Below are positions 1-12,929 of a stretch of DNA of 64,000 nt, one piece after another. A program made the position numbers and the translations under genes. The notes beneath the pieces were generated by a model. That model worked only from the letters and a program-made list of their open reading frames with translations. It ran no database searches and was not told the DNA's origin. The stretch's first letter is position 1. Each line of letters begins with the position of its first letter. Source of the DNA: Mustelus asterias (lineage: Eukaryota). Location: assembly GCF_964213995.1 (NCBI RefSeq), contig NC_135808.1:24552001-24616000 (forward strand), written 5' to 3'.

Positions 1-883
1 GTGGGAATGATTGATAAGAAAAAACTATAATTGATCTGTTTTTGATTGTATATGCCAGATCTATTGAAGAGGTTTTGTCACTCTGCAACAGAGCTACTGA
101 ATCCTTTGGTGGTCTCCAGGCAGCTGCTTGTTTTTCTTTTAAATAAATGTTCTGTCTTTATACAGAGATATCTGCCTCGTGAGTTTTGCATTGTCGATAG
201 TTTAAGATTGCACCGGTCATCTTGAAATACCCCACAACACCTTGTCCATGATAGTTTGGTATAAAATGACAATTGATAGGCTGGTCATTATGAAAGGCCA
301 TGGGACCATGCAGTGGGGTGTAAGCAAAGACCCCACAACAGGACCCCTGTCTCCCCTTCCCTGCCACTCCCCCCCTCCCCATTGTCCAGAAATAATGTTG
401 GGATCCGAATGCGAGAGTGACTGGATGAGTGTCATTCTGTTACGTGTGAAGTAGGAACTATACGGTCAGTGAGGAGAAGCTTCAGTCTGAGTGAGACAGA
501 GACCAAAGGAGTAAATTTGGGAATGTGGTTCCAAGTGGAAATTTAACTCGGAAATCTTTTGCACGTTCAGTTTTCGAGTAAAGGTCAAATTCTGAACTAA
601 AACCAGCAGCCTTCAAGTAAGTTAAATAGCCTAGCTGCCCCGGGCTGTCTGTCGGTGTGTATCTTCTGTGAAAACCATTGTTGGAAGGTGAAAACAGAAG
701 TAGAAGTCAGCAAGCACACCCACAGTACCCCTGCAATGGCCAGTTTACAGACTCAACTCACAGCCTTACAGGCCACACCACTACTCTCCGAACAGGCGGC
801 ACAGGGACACATCCACAGGCTGCACTGCACATTTGGCCAAATCTAGAGAGATCTCCCCAGCAGACACCCCATCTCCTGGGTCT

Positions 884-1173
884 GGGCAGCACGATGGCGC
901 AGTGGTTAGCACTGCTGCCCCACAGCGCCAGGGACCTGGATTCAATCCCCGGCTTGGGCAACTGTCTGTGCCGAGTCTGCACGTTCTCCCCGTGTCTGCG
1001 TGGGTTTTCTCCGGGTGCTCTGGTTTCTTCCCACATTCCAAAAGTTGTGCTGTTGAGGTGCATTAGAAATGCTAAATTCTCCCTCAGTGTAACTGAACAG
1101 GCACTGGAGGATTTTCACAGTAACCTTCATTGCAACGTTAACGTAAGTCTACTTGTGACACTAATAAATAAAC
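884..1173 (+). mobile_element. tRNA-derived V-SINE (shark HE1-like head, alternative tail)
   Basis: A/B-box-like head ggcgcagtggttagc...ggattcaatccc and conserved core ctccccgtgtctgcgtgggtt. Confidence 0.8.
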
Positions 1174-2986
1174 TGGAAACTTTAACTTTTGTTCAGCACC
1201 CTCTCCCCCCCGCACCGCCCCCCCCCCCCCCCCCGCCCCCCCCCCCTCACCCCAACCATGTGCAAACCCCAAGGCAGCTCTGTCGAAGAGGATGCAGCAG
1301 TGGGGCAAGGCTACAGTGATACAGATAAAATGGGTACATGAACATTGCACAGTCTTCACCTCGATCCTGCTGGGTCATTTCCAAAGGCATTTAAGAGACA
1401 ACCACATTGCTGTGGGTCTGGAGTCACATGTAGGGCAGACCAGGTAAGGACAGCAGATTTCCTTCCTTCAAGGACATTAGTGAACAAGATGGGTTTTTAC
1501 AACAGTCGGCAATGGCTTCGTGGTCATCATTAGACTTTATTTTTTATTGAGTTCAATTTCCATCCTCTACCATAATGGGATTCAACCCAGATTCCCAGAG
1601 CTTTATCCTGTGTCTCTGGATTCCTATCCAGTGACAATACCTCGACACTGCCAGCAGCCCAAACTCCATGTGGAAGTACCGGGCATGTATCACACAGCTT
1701 GATGTGTGGTGGGATTATCAAAATCAGGAATCATTGTGATCCAGCTATAGAGATGTGCAAAGAACAGATTTAATCTTCACTAATAATCCTGTGTGGTAAT
1801 TTTTTTCGAAAGTCCATATACAGAGATCCACCAAATGTTCCCATCACCGTCTGTTACCATCGCTTGATGTGCATTTCTGACCTTGCAAAGGTCCTTCTGC
1901 TGTGAGAGCTGAGAGGACTGTCACTCAGCCTCTGCTGTTCTCAGCCAGCCTCTCTGGCCCAAACACAGCACCCCGTCCCCAGCTACTGTGGGGACCAGTG
2001 GCCGACCGTGACCCTCTTGCCTGCTTGCGCCGATCTACTCTCGCAACTTGCCCCACCTGCTCAGACAGATCGACTTCGCGACACCCCCTCCCACCACAAT
2101 AGCCAGCCCGAACCCCCCCTCCCCTGCCATGGCCAGCCTGGAGCATGCCCCTCCCTCCCCCACTGATCACTGTGGCACAGTGCACAGAGGTTCCCCCCAG
2201 CCCACTAGCACCAATCGGCTGCCCTGGCCTGGCCCCTCCCCAATAGGCCTGCCCCCTCAGGCCCCACCTTCGTAGCATAGCCTGATACCCAGTTGGCAAT
2301 GCCAGGGTGCTAGACTGGCACTGCCCAAGGGGCACCCTCCCTGCCAGCTACCCCTGGCGGAGAGCCACAAGGCCTCTATTTCTACCAGCGAGGCCGTTAC
2401 ATCTGGTCCCCATTGGTGGGGGCCAGCTGTGATTCTCGCTGGAGAGAATCTCTCCCGGTGAGGCCACAGAGGAAAGTGAACACAGACGATAACGTCCCAG
2501 GCTCGTGAACTCAATGCAAAAGATATGTAAATTTTATTTAAATGATTTATTCAGCCTTGCACCGGAAATGGATGCGAAGCTGACCTTGCCGGATGTCTGG
2601 TGTGGGTAAGATCGCAACAGGGGAGAAATCGGGCGTGAACCTGATTTCTCAACTTGCTCACAATATTACCGACTCACCCCGACCATCAGCCAGTGGGGCA
2701 CAAAGGGAAGATCACCTCCCTCGACAGGATAAACAGAGTGAAAGTGTTAATGATCATACAGAATCTGCTATGAGAAAAACCACTGGCCTCTATTAAAGCT
2801 TCCCAGATAAGCGTCAAGGCCGAGACACAAGGAAGGAAAGCCTAGAATAGAGGTTCATTTATTAACAAAGGCTATTAGACTGAAAGAGTTCATTAAATTA
2901 GACATCTGGACATGGGAGAGGTATTTGATATCTACAAACCCAGACTCAAGCTAGGATGTTACAGATAACTTGTAACAACATGAATT

Positions 2987-3303
2987 CATAGAATCCCTAC
3001 AGTGCAGAATGAGGCCATTTGGCCCATCGAGTCTGCACCGACCACAATCCCACCAGGCCCTATTGCTGTAACCCCACATATTTATCCTGCTAATCCCCCT
3101 GACACGAGGGTCAATTTATCATGGCAATCAACCTAACCCGCATCTTTGGACTGTGGGCGGAAACCGGAGCACCCGGAGGAAACCCACACAGGCACAGGGA
3201 GAATGTGCAAACTCCACACAGACAGTGACCCGAGGCCGGAATTGAACCCTGGTCCTTGGTGCTGTGAGGCAGCAGTGCTAACCACTGTGCCACCGTGCTG
3301 CCC
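2987..3303 (-). mobile_element. HE1-like V-SINE
   Basis: tRNA head, V core and CR1-like tail. Confidence 0.82.
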
Positions 3304-3368
3304 CACTGTGCCACCTCTATTAGGTCAGCTAACATGATTAAATCTTCATGCTCATTGGATATTATAAT

Positions 3369-4251
3369 TGTTATAATCCAGGTCAGAAACTCCAAGGTAT
3401 TTTATGAAGTCAGCCTGAACCATAAGTTTTACACTTTGAATTTGGCTGGGGGAAGCATGAGATGTTTCACTTCAGCTATAATTTAAATGACCCGCTAGGG
3501 AGCTTTAATCAAACAAAGTTTATTTAAGAATACAGTTAACAAATAGAATGAAAATGTGCAATAACCTTTACTATTACAAACAAGAAAAAACACAACCATG
3601 ATATTGTATAAACCTTAACAACGAAATACACTGTTCCAATACAACAAACATCCTTATAAACATACACCTGCCTCAGGTTTAGCACAGAAAATAAGAATAC
3701 TCACGCGGTTTTGCAGCTCAGCAATGCCTGCTGTGAATTAGTCCTTTGGATAGAATTGAAACTCTGGTGTCTCAGGCTTGTAACTTCCAGTAGACATTGA
3801 GGTAGAGATAAAGCCACTGCTGGCCTCTAACTATTAACCAGCAAACCACTGACAGCAAGGTTTTCACTCCAGGAAGGCAAGAAAAACTGCTTCCAACAGA
3901 GCAGAATTTCTAATAACAGGGAGAGAGGCACGGAAATACCGCCTTTCAGTCTGAAGTCCAAACACCTTCCAACTAAAAAAGCAGCCAGCAGCCCAAACCA
4001 CAAGTGAAATAACTCTTGTCACCTGACCTATCAATCATTCTTCCCTCTAACAATTGAAAAGGGTTGTAAACTCGTAAAGCTCCAGGACATCACAGTAGGC
4101 CCAGATTAAAAATAAACAAAACCCCATTTAAGCAGCAATAAAAGGACACCTAAGCACACAAGTTGGCAACAATGAAAAAAACACAGCTGCCTACAAACTG
4201 CAGAAAACATGATTTAAATAATACATTTCTTAAAGGCACAGTAATGTCACA
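3369..4251 (-). mobile_element. Solo LTR (TG...CA, 4-bp TSD TAAT)
   Basis: TGTTAT...GTCACA with TAAT at 3365-3368 and 4252-4255; ends resemble 13220-14067 in reverse. Confidence 0.8.
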
Positions 4252-5199
4252 TAATTAAACAGGCATGCAACGGTGGTGATTGGTGTTTAACATTTGTATC
4301 ATATGCATGTTGTAACCTGAATCAATAATTGTGAGTGGATAGAGATAACTCCCATACCTTGATTGGTATGTTGGTTACTCGTAATCATATCTGAAAGTAT
4401 AACTGCTTGTGCAATTCTGAATTCTGTACTCTGGCTGCCTTTCTGGGATCCTTGCGATATAGCTTGCATATCAAACAGATGTGTGACTTGGTTTGGCTAC
4501 ATCAAGGGAAAAAAGTTGTAACAACTTGAGAAGGCTGATCACCAAAAATCCCCACAACACAGGGCAGATCAGAGTAGCTTAAACAGACAGAGCAATGCCT
4601 GAGAGCCCATCACCTCTAGAATCTGCACAGGGTAAACTAGGCAGATCAGAATAGCTTAAACAGTGCAGCTCCTGATACAGCAATGCCTGACAACCCATAA
4701 CCTCTAGAATCAGTGCAGGGTAAACAATGAATCGCCTGATGAAGGAGCAGCGATACAAAAGCTCGTGATCCCAAATAAACCTCTTGGACTTTAACTTGGT
4801 GTTGTGAGACTTCTTACTCCAGAATCTGTGCAGGGTAAACAGGTCAGATCAGAACAGCTTCAAAAGTGCAGCTCCAGATAGAGCAATTCCTGACAAACTA
4901 TTGCCACAGTTCCGTTCACAGAGAGTCACATATGCAGTGTTTAAATCAGTCAGTCGCTGTCATTTCAATTAAATCTTCCCAGATGCTCTCATCCACTCTG
5001 CCGCTGATCTCGGGGCTGGTGTCCCTGGATTACAAACCGGACACTGAGGATGAGAAAGAAATACATCGCTATAGAGTGAGGCAATCCCAGCAGAAGTGGA
5101 ACACCCCCAACAAAACCCCTCAGATCCACCCAACTCCCACATATACCAGAAGCAAAATCCATCAGAACCCTAACACCTAATACTGCAGAAACCTGGAAT

Positions 5200-7000
5200 C
5201 GTACAGAGAGTGTAGGGGTGAAATTAAAAGGGAAACCAGGAAAGTAAAGTGAGAGGATGAAAAATGCTGCCAAGAAAATATCAAGAAACCTCCAAGGATG
5301 TTCTCTAAGTACATGAAGAGAAAAGGAGAAGGAAAGGGTAGAGTCTGTTGGAGACCAATAAGATTGTCCGTGTGAGAGGGTGGAGAATGTGGTGAGATTG
5401 TGAATAAATACATTGCCGCTGTCTTTGGGAAACAGGGAGCAATGCTGACATTGCACTTAAAGAAGAAGAGTGTGAATTACTGCATCAGATAAACATTGTA
5501 ACAGAGAATGGATTAACAGATTTTAGAGTTTTGAAAGTCGATAAATCTCCTGGTTAAAAGAAGCAAGGGAGGACATTCAAGAGGCTCTGATCATCAGAAT
5601 CATCCCTTCCGGGCTACAGGAGTGTGGAAGAAGATTAAAGGACTACCAACATTACACCATGGATTGAAAAGGGAAGAAAAGGTAACCTGAGTAATTATAC
5701 ACCAGTTAGTGTAACTTCGGTGGTGGGAAAATTATTGGAATCAATTTTGAGGAACGGTGCACACCTTCATTTAGACTAAACTGATTTAAAATTTGGAAGA
5801 GGTAAGAAGGAGGGTTGATGAGGGCAGTGGGGTGGACGTGGTCAAGAGAGATTTTAATAATGCTTTAGACAAGGTCCCACACGGCGGGCTGGTCAGAAAT
5901 GTAAAAATCATTGAGATCCAACACACATTGGCAAATCAGACCCCAAATAGCTCAGTGGCAGGAAGCAAAGGGTTAAGGGGTTTTAGTGACTGCAAGGCTG
6001 TTACCAGTGGGGGTTTCAAAGGACCCAGCTCTCACGCCTTTGCTTTTTGTAGTTTATATTAATTAATTAGATTCAAATGTAGGGGGAATGATAAAGAAGT
6101 TTAGAGATGTACAAATATTGTCCGTGTGGGTGACAGTGAGGAGGAAAACTTCAGACTGCAGGAAGATAGAGATGGTCTGGGCAGTTGGGAAGAACAGTGG
6201 AAAATGGAATTCAATCCGGAGCACTGAGAGGTGATGGATTTTGGGAGGATTAACAAGGCAACGGGATTCCCCGATAAATGGGAGGATAATGAGTAATGTG
6301 GAGGAACAGAAGGACCCAGGAGTGTATGTCCCCAGATTGGGAAAGGTATCAGGTCAGGACAGGTTAATAACATGTTTAGGAAGATATATAACATGTTCTC
6401 CTTTATTAGCCAAGACACAGAACAGAGAGGTTTTGCGAGAACTGTAAACAACATCAGACAGACGAGAGCTGAAGCATTGCAAACAGTCTGGTCAGCACAT
6501 TACACAAAAGATGTGATTGTATTGGAGAGAATGCAGCGGAGATTGTTTAATGTGGACAGGACTGGAGAATGTTCACTGTGAGGAAAGAACGGATAGGCTG
6601 GAATAGGATTCTGTCGAACAGAGGAGGCCGAGGGGAGATTTAATTGAGGTGGATATAATTATGAGGAGCCATGGTAAATAGAGATAACACATTTACCCAA
6701 GCACAAGGGTCAAAAACCAAGGGGCACAGGTTTAAAGTAATTGGTAGAAAGATCAGGGTGGAAATGAGGAAAGAGTTTTTCACCCAGAGGGTGCGAGGGA
6801 CCCGGGACTCACTGTCTGAAAGGATGGTAGAGGCAGAAACTCTCACCACATTGAGTCAATTCTTGGATGTCGAGTTGAAGAGCTGTGATCTACAGAGCTG
6901 CAGACCGAGTACAGGAAGGTGAGATTAGGCTGGAGAGCTCTTCATTAACAGGAAGGGATATGATGGGCTGAATGGCCTCACTCTCGATCATAAATTTTCT
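5200..7000 (+). mobile_element. Old decayed CR1 carried in the duplication unit (paralogous at about 21030-22620 and, inverted, about 49030-50900)
   Basis: Degenerate DFNNALDKVPH and FFTQRV motifs with shared private mutations across copies. Confidence 0.7.
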
Positions 7001-7021
7001 GCCATTCAACATTCCATCCAC

Positions 7022-7756
7022 ACAACACCAGTTAAACCCATCAGAGCCCCAAACACAGCTAAACCCATCAGACCCCCAAACACCAGCTAAACCCATCAGA
7101 CCCCCAAACACCACCAAAAGCCATCAGAGCCCCAAACACCAGCTAAACCCATCAGCGCTCCAAACACCAGCTAAACTCATCAGACCCCCAAACACCAGCA
7201 AAACCCATCAGACCCCCAAACACAAGCTAAACCCATCAGACCCCCAAACACCATCAAAACCCATCAGACCCCCAAACGCCAGCTAAACCCATCAGAGCCC
7301 CAGACACCAGCTAAACCCATCAGAGCCCCAAACAACACCAAAAGCCATCAGAGCCCCAAACACCAGCTAAACCCATCAGGCCCCCAAACACCAGCTAAAC
7401 CCATCAGCGCTCCAAACACCAGCTAAAGTCATCAGACCCCCAAACACCAGCAAAACCGATCAGACCCCCAAACACTAGCGAAACCCATCAGACCCCCAAA
7501 CAGCAGCAAAACCCATCAGGCCCCCAAACACCAGCTAAACCCATCAGCGTTCCAAACACCAGCTAAACCCATCAGTCCCCCAAACACCAGCTAAACCCAT
7601 CAGACCCCTAAACACCAGCAAAACCCATCAGACCCCCAAACACCAGCTAAACCCATCAGAGCCCCAAACACCAGCTAAACCCATCAGACCCCCAAACACC
7701 AGCTAAACCCTAAACACCAGCTAAACCCATCAGAGCCCCAAACACCAGCTAAACCG
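7022..7756. repeat. 28-bp minisatellite downstream of class I genes (also 22653-26725, interrupted by two CR1s, and 48869-48990 inverted)
   Basis: Unit aaacaccagctaaacccatcagaccccc. Confidence 0.95.
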
Positions 7757-8751
7757 CGAAGATCCACTCTGTACCCCAAACATTCAGCGAAAGATCAGAA
7801 CCATCACAAAACACGATTGATGTTAAATCCTGTGGGAATGACAGACCCCAATGGCCAAATTCAGGGAAAACTCTGGGAATTCTGTCTTCCTTAAGGAAAT
7901 TGAGCCCTCCCCCCCGCACCCTCTCCCCTCCCCCCCAGCACCCTCCCCCCCGCACCCTCCCACCTCACCCCCACCCCCCGCACCCTCCCCCCCTCACTCC
8001 CCCGCACCCTCCCCCCCAGCACCCTCTCCCCCTCACTCACCGACTCTCACATCCCCCCTCATTCACCGACTCTCACTCCCCCCTCACTCACCGACTCTCA
8101 CTCCCCCCTCACTCACTGACTCTCACTCCCCCCTCGCTCACCGACTCTCAGTAATTTTTGTCCGTACTCCAGATATTTCCTCAGCCACTCGATACACTCC
8201 ACCTCCAGGTAACGTTTCCATCGCTGGTTAATGACCGTGCTGCCCTCCCACTTTTGTTTGATGATCTCTCCCCAAGGGACGGGGGTCACCCACACCAGAA
8301 GATCCTTATCAAAACTGATGAAATCTAGTCCGTCCCACCCGTACTGGTTGAATCCAGTCGTATTCCCATCATCACTCAGGTCACAGCCGGTCATCAGCTG
8401 GTGTATGTGGATCCCGGTGGATTAGAAAGATAACCTGCCAATCAGGGCCAGTCCCAATAAAAGCCGCACTCACCATGAACCCATCCAAACAGATCCGTTC
8501 CCACTGGAGGTCCAGCCACCACACACACACACACACACACACAGCCAATCTGGCCCAATCCAACTGGAGGCAAAGCCACCAAACACACACAATCAGATTC
8601 AGTCGACCAACAGACCTTACAGAGCTCATGCACAACCTCAGTTAATCAGCCCCCAGTCCCAGATCCTGATCCGCTCCCAGTTTCTCCCACTCTGACCCAG
8701 ACGCCCCGCATCCTGAGAGAGAGGCTGAGTGCTGGGAGAGTGAAGACTCAC

Positions 8752-10367
8752 AAAGAACAAAGAACAATACAGCACAGGAACAGGCCCTTCGACCCGCCAA
8801 GCCCGTGCCGTTCCCTGGTCCAAACTAGACCATTCTTTTGTATCCCTCCATTCCCACTCCGTTCATATGGCTGTCTAGATAAGTCTTAAACGTTCCCCAG
8901 TGTGTCCGCCTCCACCACCTTGCCTGGCAGCGCATTCCAGGCCCCCGCCACCCTCTGTGTAAAATATGTCCTTCTGATATCTGTGTTAAACCTCCCCCCC
9001 CGCCTTCACCTTGAACCTATGACCCCTCGTGAACGTCACCACCGACCTGGGGAAAACCTTCCCACCGTTCACCCTATCTATGCCTTTCATAATTTTATAC
9101 ACCTCTATTAAGTCTCCCCTCATCCTCCATCTTTCCAGGGAGAACAACCCCAGTTTACCCAATCTCTCCTCATAACTAAGCCCCTCCATACCAGGCAACA
9201 TCCTGGTAAACCTCCTCTGTACTCTCTCCAAAGTCCCCACGTCCTTCTGGTAGTGTGGCGACCAGAACTGGACGCAGTATTCCAAATGCGGCCGAACCAA
9301 CGTTCTATACATCTGCAACATCAGACCCCAACTTTTATACTCTATGCCCCATCCTATAAAGGCAAGCATGCCATATGCCTTCTTCACCACCTTCTTCACC
9401 TGTGACGTCACCTTCAAGGATCTGTGGACTTGCACACCCAGGTCCCTCTGCGTATCTACACCCTTTATGGTTCTGCCATTTATTATATAGCTCCTCCCTA
9501 CATTATTTCTACCAAAATGCATCTCTTCGCATTTATCAGGATTGAACTCCATCTGCCATCTCTTTGCCCAAATTTCCAGCCTATCTATATCCTTCTGTAG
9601 CTTCTGACAATGCTCCTCACTATCTGCAAGTCCTGCCAATTTTGTGTCGTCCACAAACTTACTGATCACCCCAGTTACACCTTCTTCCAGATCGTTTATA
9701 TGAATCACAAACAGCAGAGGTCCCCATACAGAGCCCTGCGGAACACCACTAGTCACAGCCGGAAAAAGACCCTTCCACTACCACCCTCTGTCTTCTGTGA
9801 CCAAGCCAGTTCTCCACCCATCTAGCCACCGCCCCCTTTATCCCATGAGATCCCACCTTTTTCACCCGCCTACCATGAGGGACTTTGTCAAACGCTTTAC
9901 CAAAGTCCATATAGACCACATCCACGGCCCTTCCCTCGTCAACCATTCTGGTCACTTCTTCCAAAAACTCCACCAGGTTAGTGAGGCATGACCTCCCTCT
10001 CACAAAACCATGCTGACTATCGTTAATGAGTTTATTCCTTTCTAAATGCGCATACATCCTATCTCTAAGAATCTTCTCCAACAACTTCCCCACCACGGAC
10101 GTCAAGCTCACCGGCCTATAATTATCCGGGTTATCCTTCCTACCCTTCTTAAATAATGGGACCACATTAGCTATCCTCCAATCCTCTGGGACCTCACCTG
10201 CGTCCAGTGACGAGACAAAGATTTGCGTCAGAGGCCCAGCGATTTCATCTCTTGTCTCCCTGAGCAGCCTTGGATAGATTCCATCAGGCCCTGGGGATTT
10301 GTCAGTCTTTATATTCTCTAACAAACCTAACACTTTCTCCCTTGTAATGGAGATTTTCTCCAACGGT
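8752..10367 (-). mobile_element. Young 5'-truncated CR1-clade LINE (RT domain + 3' UTR) in intron 2 of copy A
   Basis: KSPGPDG, YRPVSLTS, YMDFGKAFDKV, GVPQGSV, KFVDDTKL and PHLEYCVQFW motifs; (TTCTTTG)n tail; 4-bp flanking duplication GTGA. Confidence 0.93.
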
Positions 10368-10688
10368 TCACCTCCTGACTGGTTGGTTGGTTCGATACAT
10401 GAGGGTCTGAATATTATCTTTGAGACATCGTGCCCCCTCCTGTGTGAGCTTCTTCTTCTGTTCCCAGGACTCAAGCCCCTCACTCTCCACCATCCACTGC
10501 TCCCGGGGGATCAGCTCCCTCCGATCGCTGTCGTACACAACAAACGGGACACCGTCCACATAACCGACAGCCACAAACTCCGGGAAACCTGGAATTGGAG
10601 TCATTCCCGTGAGGAAACACCGGAGAGAGTGAGACCCTGAAATATGGAGAGAAAGAATTCAGGATAGACACCCTAAAAACACCAACAC

Positions 10689-10692
<4 letters not shown>

Positions 10693-10752
<60 letters not shown>
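10693..10752. repeat. (CA)n microsatellite
   Basis: About 30 perfect CA units. Confidence 0.95.
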
Positions 10753-10756
<4 letters not shown>

Positions 10757-11388
10757 ATCAGGGCATGAACCCCAAAACACTGATTCCAAACTGAGAGCAA
10801 GACCTCCACCCATGCCCCTGTACCCAGCCTGGCATTGCCCCTCTCACACCCCATCACTCACTGACCCAAGGTTAATGCCCCAGTGCCCAGCCTGGCACTG
10901 CCCCTCTCACACCCCATCACTCACTGACCCAGGGTTAATGCCCCAGTACCCAGCCTGGCATTGCCCCTCTCACACCCCATCACTCACTGACCCAGGGTTA
11001 ATGCCCCAGTACCCAGCCTGGCATTGCCCCTCTCACACCCCATCACTCACTGACCCAGGGTTAATGCCCCAGTACCCAGCCTGGCATTGCCCCTCTCACA
11101 CCCCATCACTCACCTGCAGACACCTCTCCACACAGAAGGACCAGCTCTATCAGTCCAATCATTGCTGCTTCCCTCATGTTGAGAGAAACATTTGGAGGAA
11201 ACTCTTTTTCAAAGAAAGGCCATTTTCTCAACTCACTCCTTCTGTCTTTTCCTGTTTACACTGAGCCTCAATCTGATTGGACCCGAAATAGGACTGGACC
11301 AATCAGAATAAAGAGATTCAGTGAGTCATCAGTCTCCGGCAGAATAGACACAAACAGGTTGAGAAACTGCCTCAATGTTGAGAACTGT

Positions 11389-11430
11389 CCAATCAGATAA
11401 ATACAGCTGCTGACATCATCAGTTGCCGGG
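11389..11430 (-). promoter_or_regulatory. X1-X2-Y (SXY-type) module upstream of copy A
   Basis: CCCGGCAACTGATG, overlapping TGATGTCA, 20-nt spacer, then CTGATTGG. Confidence 0.7.
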
Positions 11431-12929
11431 TGGAATCAGCTGAAAGGAGTTTGATACAGTGACAGAGGGAAGGACATTAAGAACAGCAGCAGGTCTGAGC
11501 GAACCATTCAGTGAGATCACTGCTGATCTGGACCCCAGTTTCTGACTATAAACCATATCCTCAGATATCATTACCCAATAAAAATCTGTCACTCTGAGAT
11601 TGAAAAGCTCCAATTGTTAACTTTTTATTGTGGAGAGACTGGATGTGGATTCCACACTGCTGAATTATTTTAACATTATAAACAGATCGATCAGATCACC
11701 CATCAACATTCTAAAAGCTGGGGAATAAAAAACCCTTTTATTTAACCTCCTTTTATTATTCTGGTGATCAGAACTGCACCCCCTCCAAGACCAATCTCTC
11801 CTTCCTGAGGTGTGGTGTCCAGAACTGAACACAGTGACTCCGAAAGTGTCTGACCAAGACTCTGTTAAACTGAAGCTTCACTTCCATCACTTTATATACC
11901 AGCCCCCTCCAGATAAAGTTCAATGTGCCCTTAGAGAGAATGGTGAAATGGGCAGATACAAATACAATGCAGAGAAGCGTTTTAAGTGATGCAGTTTGAA
12001 GGGAAGAAGATAAACAGGTAATCTAAACTGAATGGGACGGCGATAAAGGGATTGTGGGAACAGAGAGACCTGAGTGAGTATGAGGCTGGCAGGAAGGTGT
12101 GATGAGGCTGTGAAAGAAGCATTTGGACCCCATTGCTTTATAAATAGAAGCACAGATTACAAAAGCAAGGAGGTCACGCTGAACATTGATAAAATATTGA
12201 TTCGATCTCAGCTGGAGAATTGTATCCGTTTCTGGTCACAATGTTTCAGGAAGGATGTCGAGGCCTTGGAGAGGGTGCAGAGGAAATTTGCTGAATTATT
12301 GGAGATGAGAAACTTCTGACTGACAGTAGGACTAATCCAATGTGTTGGGACAATCATACCTTCCAAATATCTTGGAAAGACATTGCATTATCTGGTAATG
12401 GATGATGACCTCGCAATTTTTTTTAAGAAGGCCATAAGTTCTCCTTGGACAGGGAGCCAGCCTGTCTTCACCTGAGCTGTGTGGGACTTGAGGAAGAGAT
12501 GTTTGTTTGTTCTGAACTGGAATCACTTTAATTGATGGGGAATAAAACTGAAAAGTAAAGGCTAGTGATGTTCTGGAAATCACATGGCAGGGACAGAGTT
12601 TAAGTTTTGAACCTGTTGGTTTTGAAATCAGTCTCCTTGGGGAATAAGTTGAGAAATGGAGACGGCCCGACCTGATTCTCTCTCTACCTTGCCTCAAGTT
12701 GTGTCTGGTTCACTACTACCTGCCAGAGAATCCTCATCTGAGTGTAACCTGTCTGCATTTTGGACCTGCAAAGCTGAAACAGGAAGAATTGGTCCAGATC
12801 CATATTCTCCTCCGCGCCAAAGCTCTGTTGGTGTGAAACGCCAGACATCCACTGGTCTTCACATGAGGGAACACCAGCACGACAGCATTGAACCCTTTCA
12901 ATCTTTATCCTTTATTTTAAAAAGCCTAT

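Larger units (their letters stand above)
8142..11177 (-). pseudogene. MHC class I heavy chain pseudogene (copy A): leader 11177-11114, alpha1 10636-10372, alpha2 8414-8142; alpha3/TM/cytoplasmic exons absent
   Basis: Leader is MREAAMIGLIELVLLCGEVSA, alpha1 starts GSHSLRCFLTGMTPIPGFPEF, alpha2 contains GCDLSDDG...ECIEWLRKYL. Lesions: 4-bp duplication at the alpha1 end (265 vs 261 nt), CR1 in the intron-2 donor, alpha2 acceptor AG>CG at 8416-8415, and a direct jump to 3'-flank-homologous sequence at about 7905. Confidence 0.9.

Noticed and set aside
1-239. Possible LTR 3' end (...CCCCACAACA, also at 4559)
   Set aside because: No matching 5' end or TSD could be found.
7022-7756. CRISPR-like appearance of regular 28-39 bp repeats (also 16450-16770 and 54730-55015)
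   Set aside because: The units are head-to-tail with no unique spacers, there are no cas genes, and the context is eukaryotic.
9749-10483. Apparent MHC-reverse transcriptase fusion ORF
   Set aside because: The upstream part is an off-frame reading of alpha1. The MHC frame stops at 10368-10370 and the RT is truncated and frameshifted.
10812-11264. ORFs with 21-aa repeats (also 39745-40062 and 58604-59131)
   Set aside because: They are antisense readings of the 63-bp intron-1 repeat and the leader exon.
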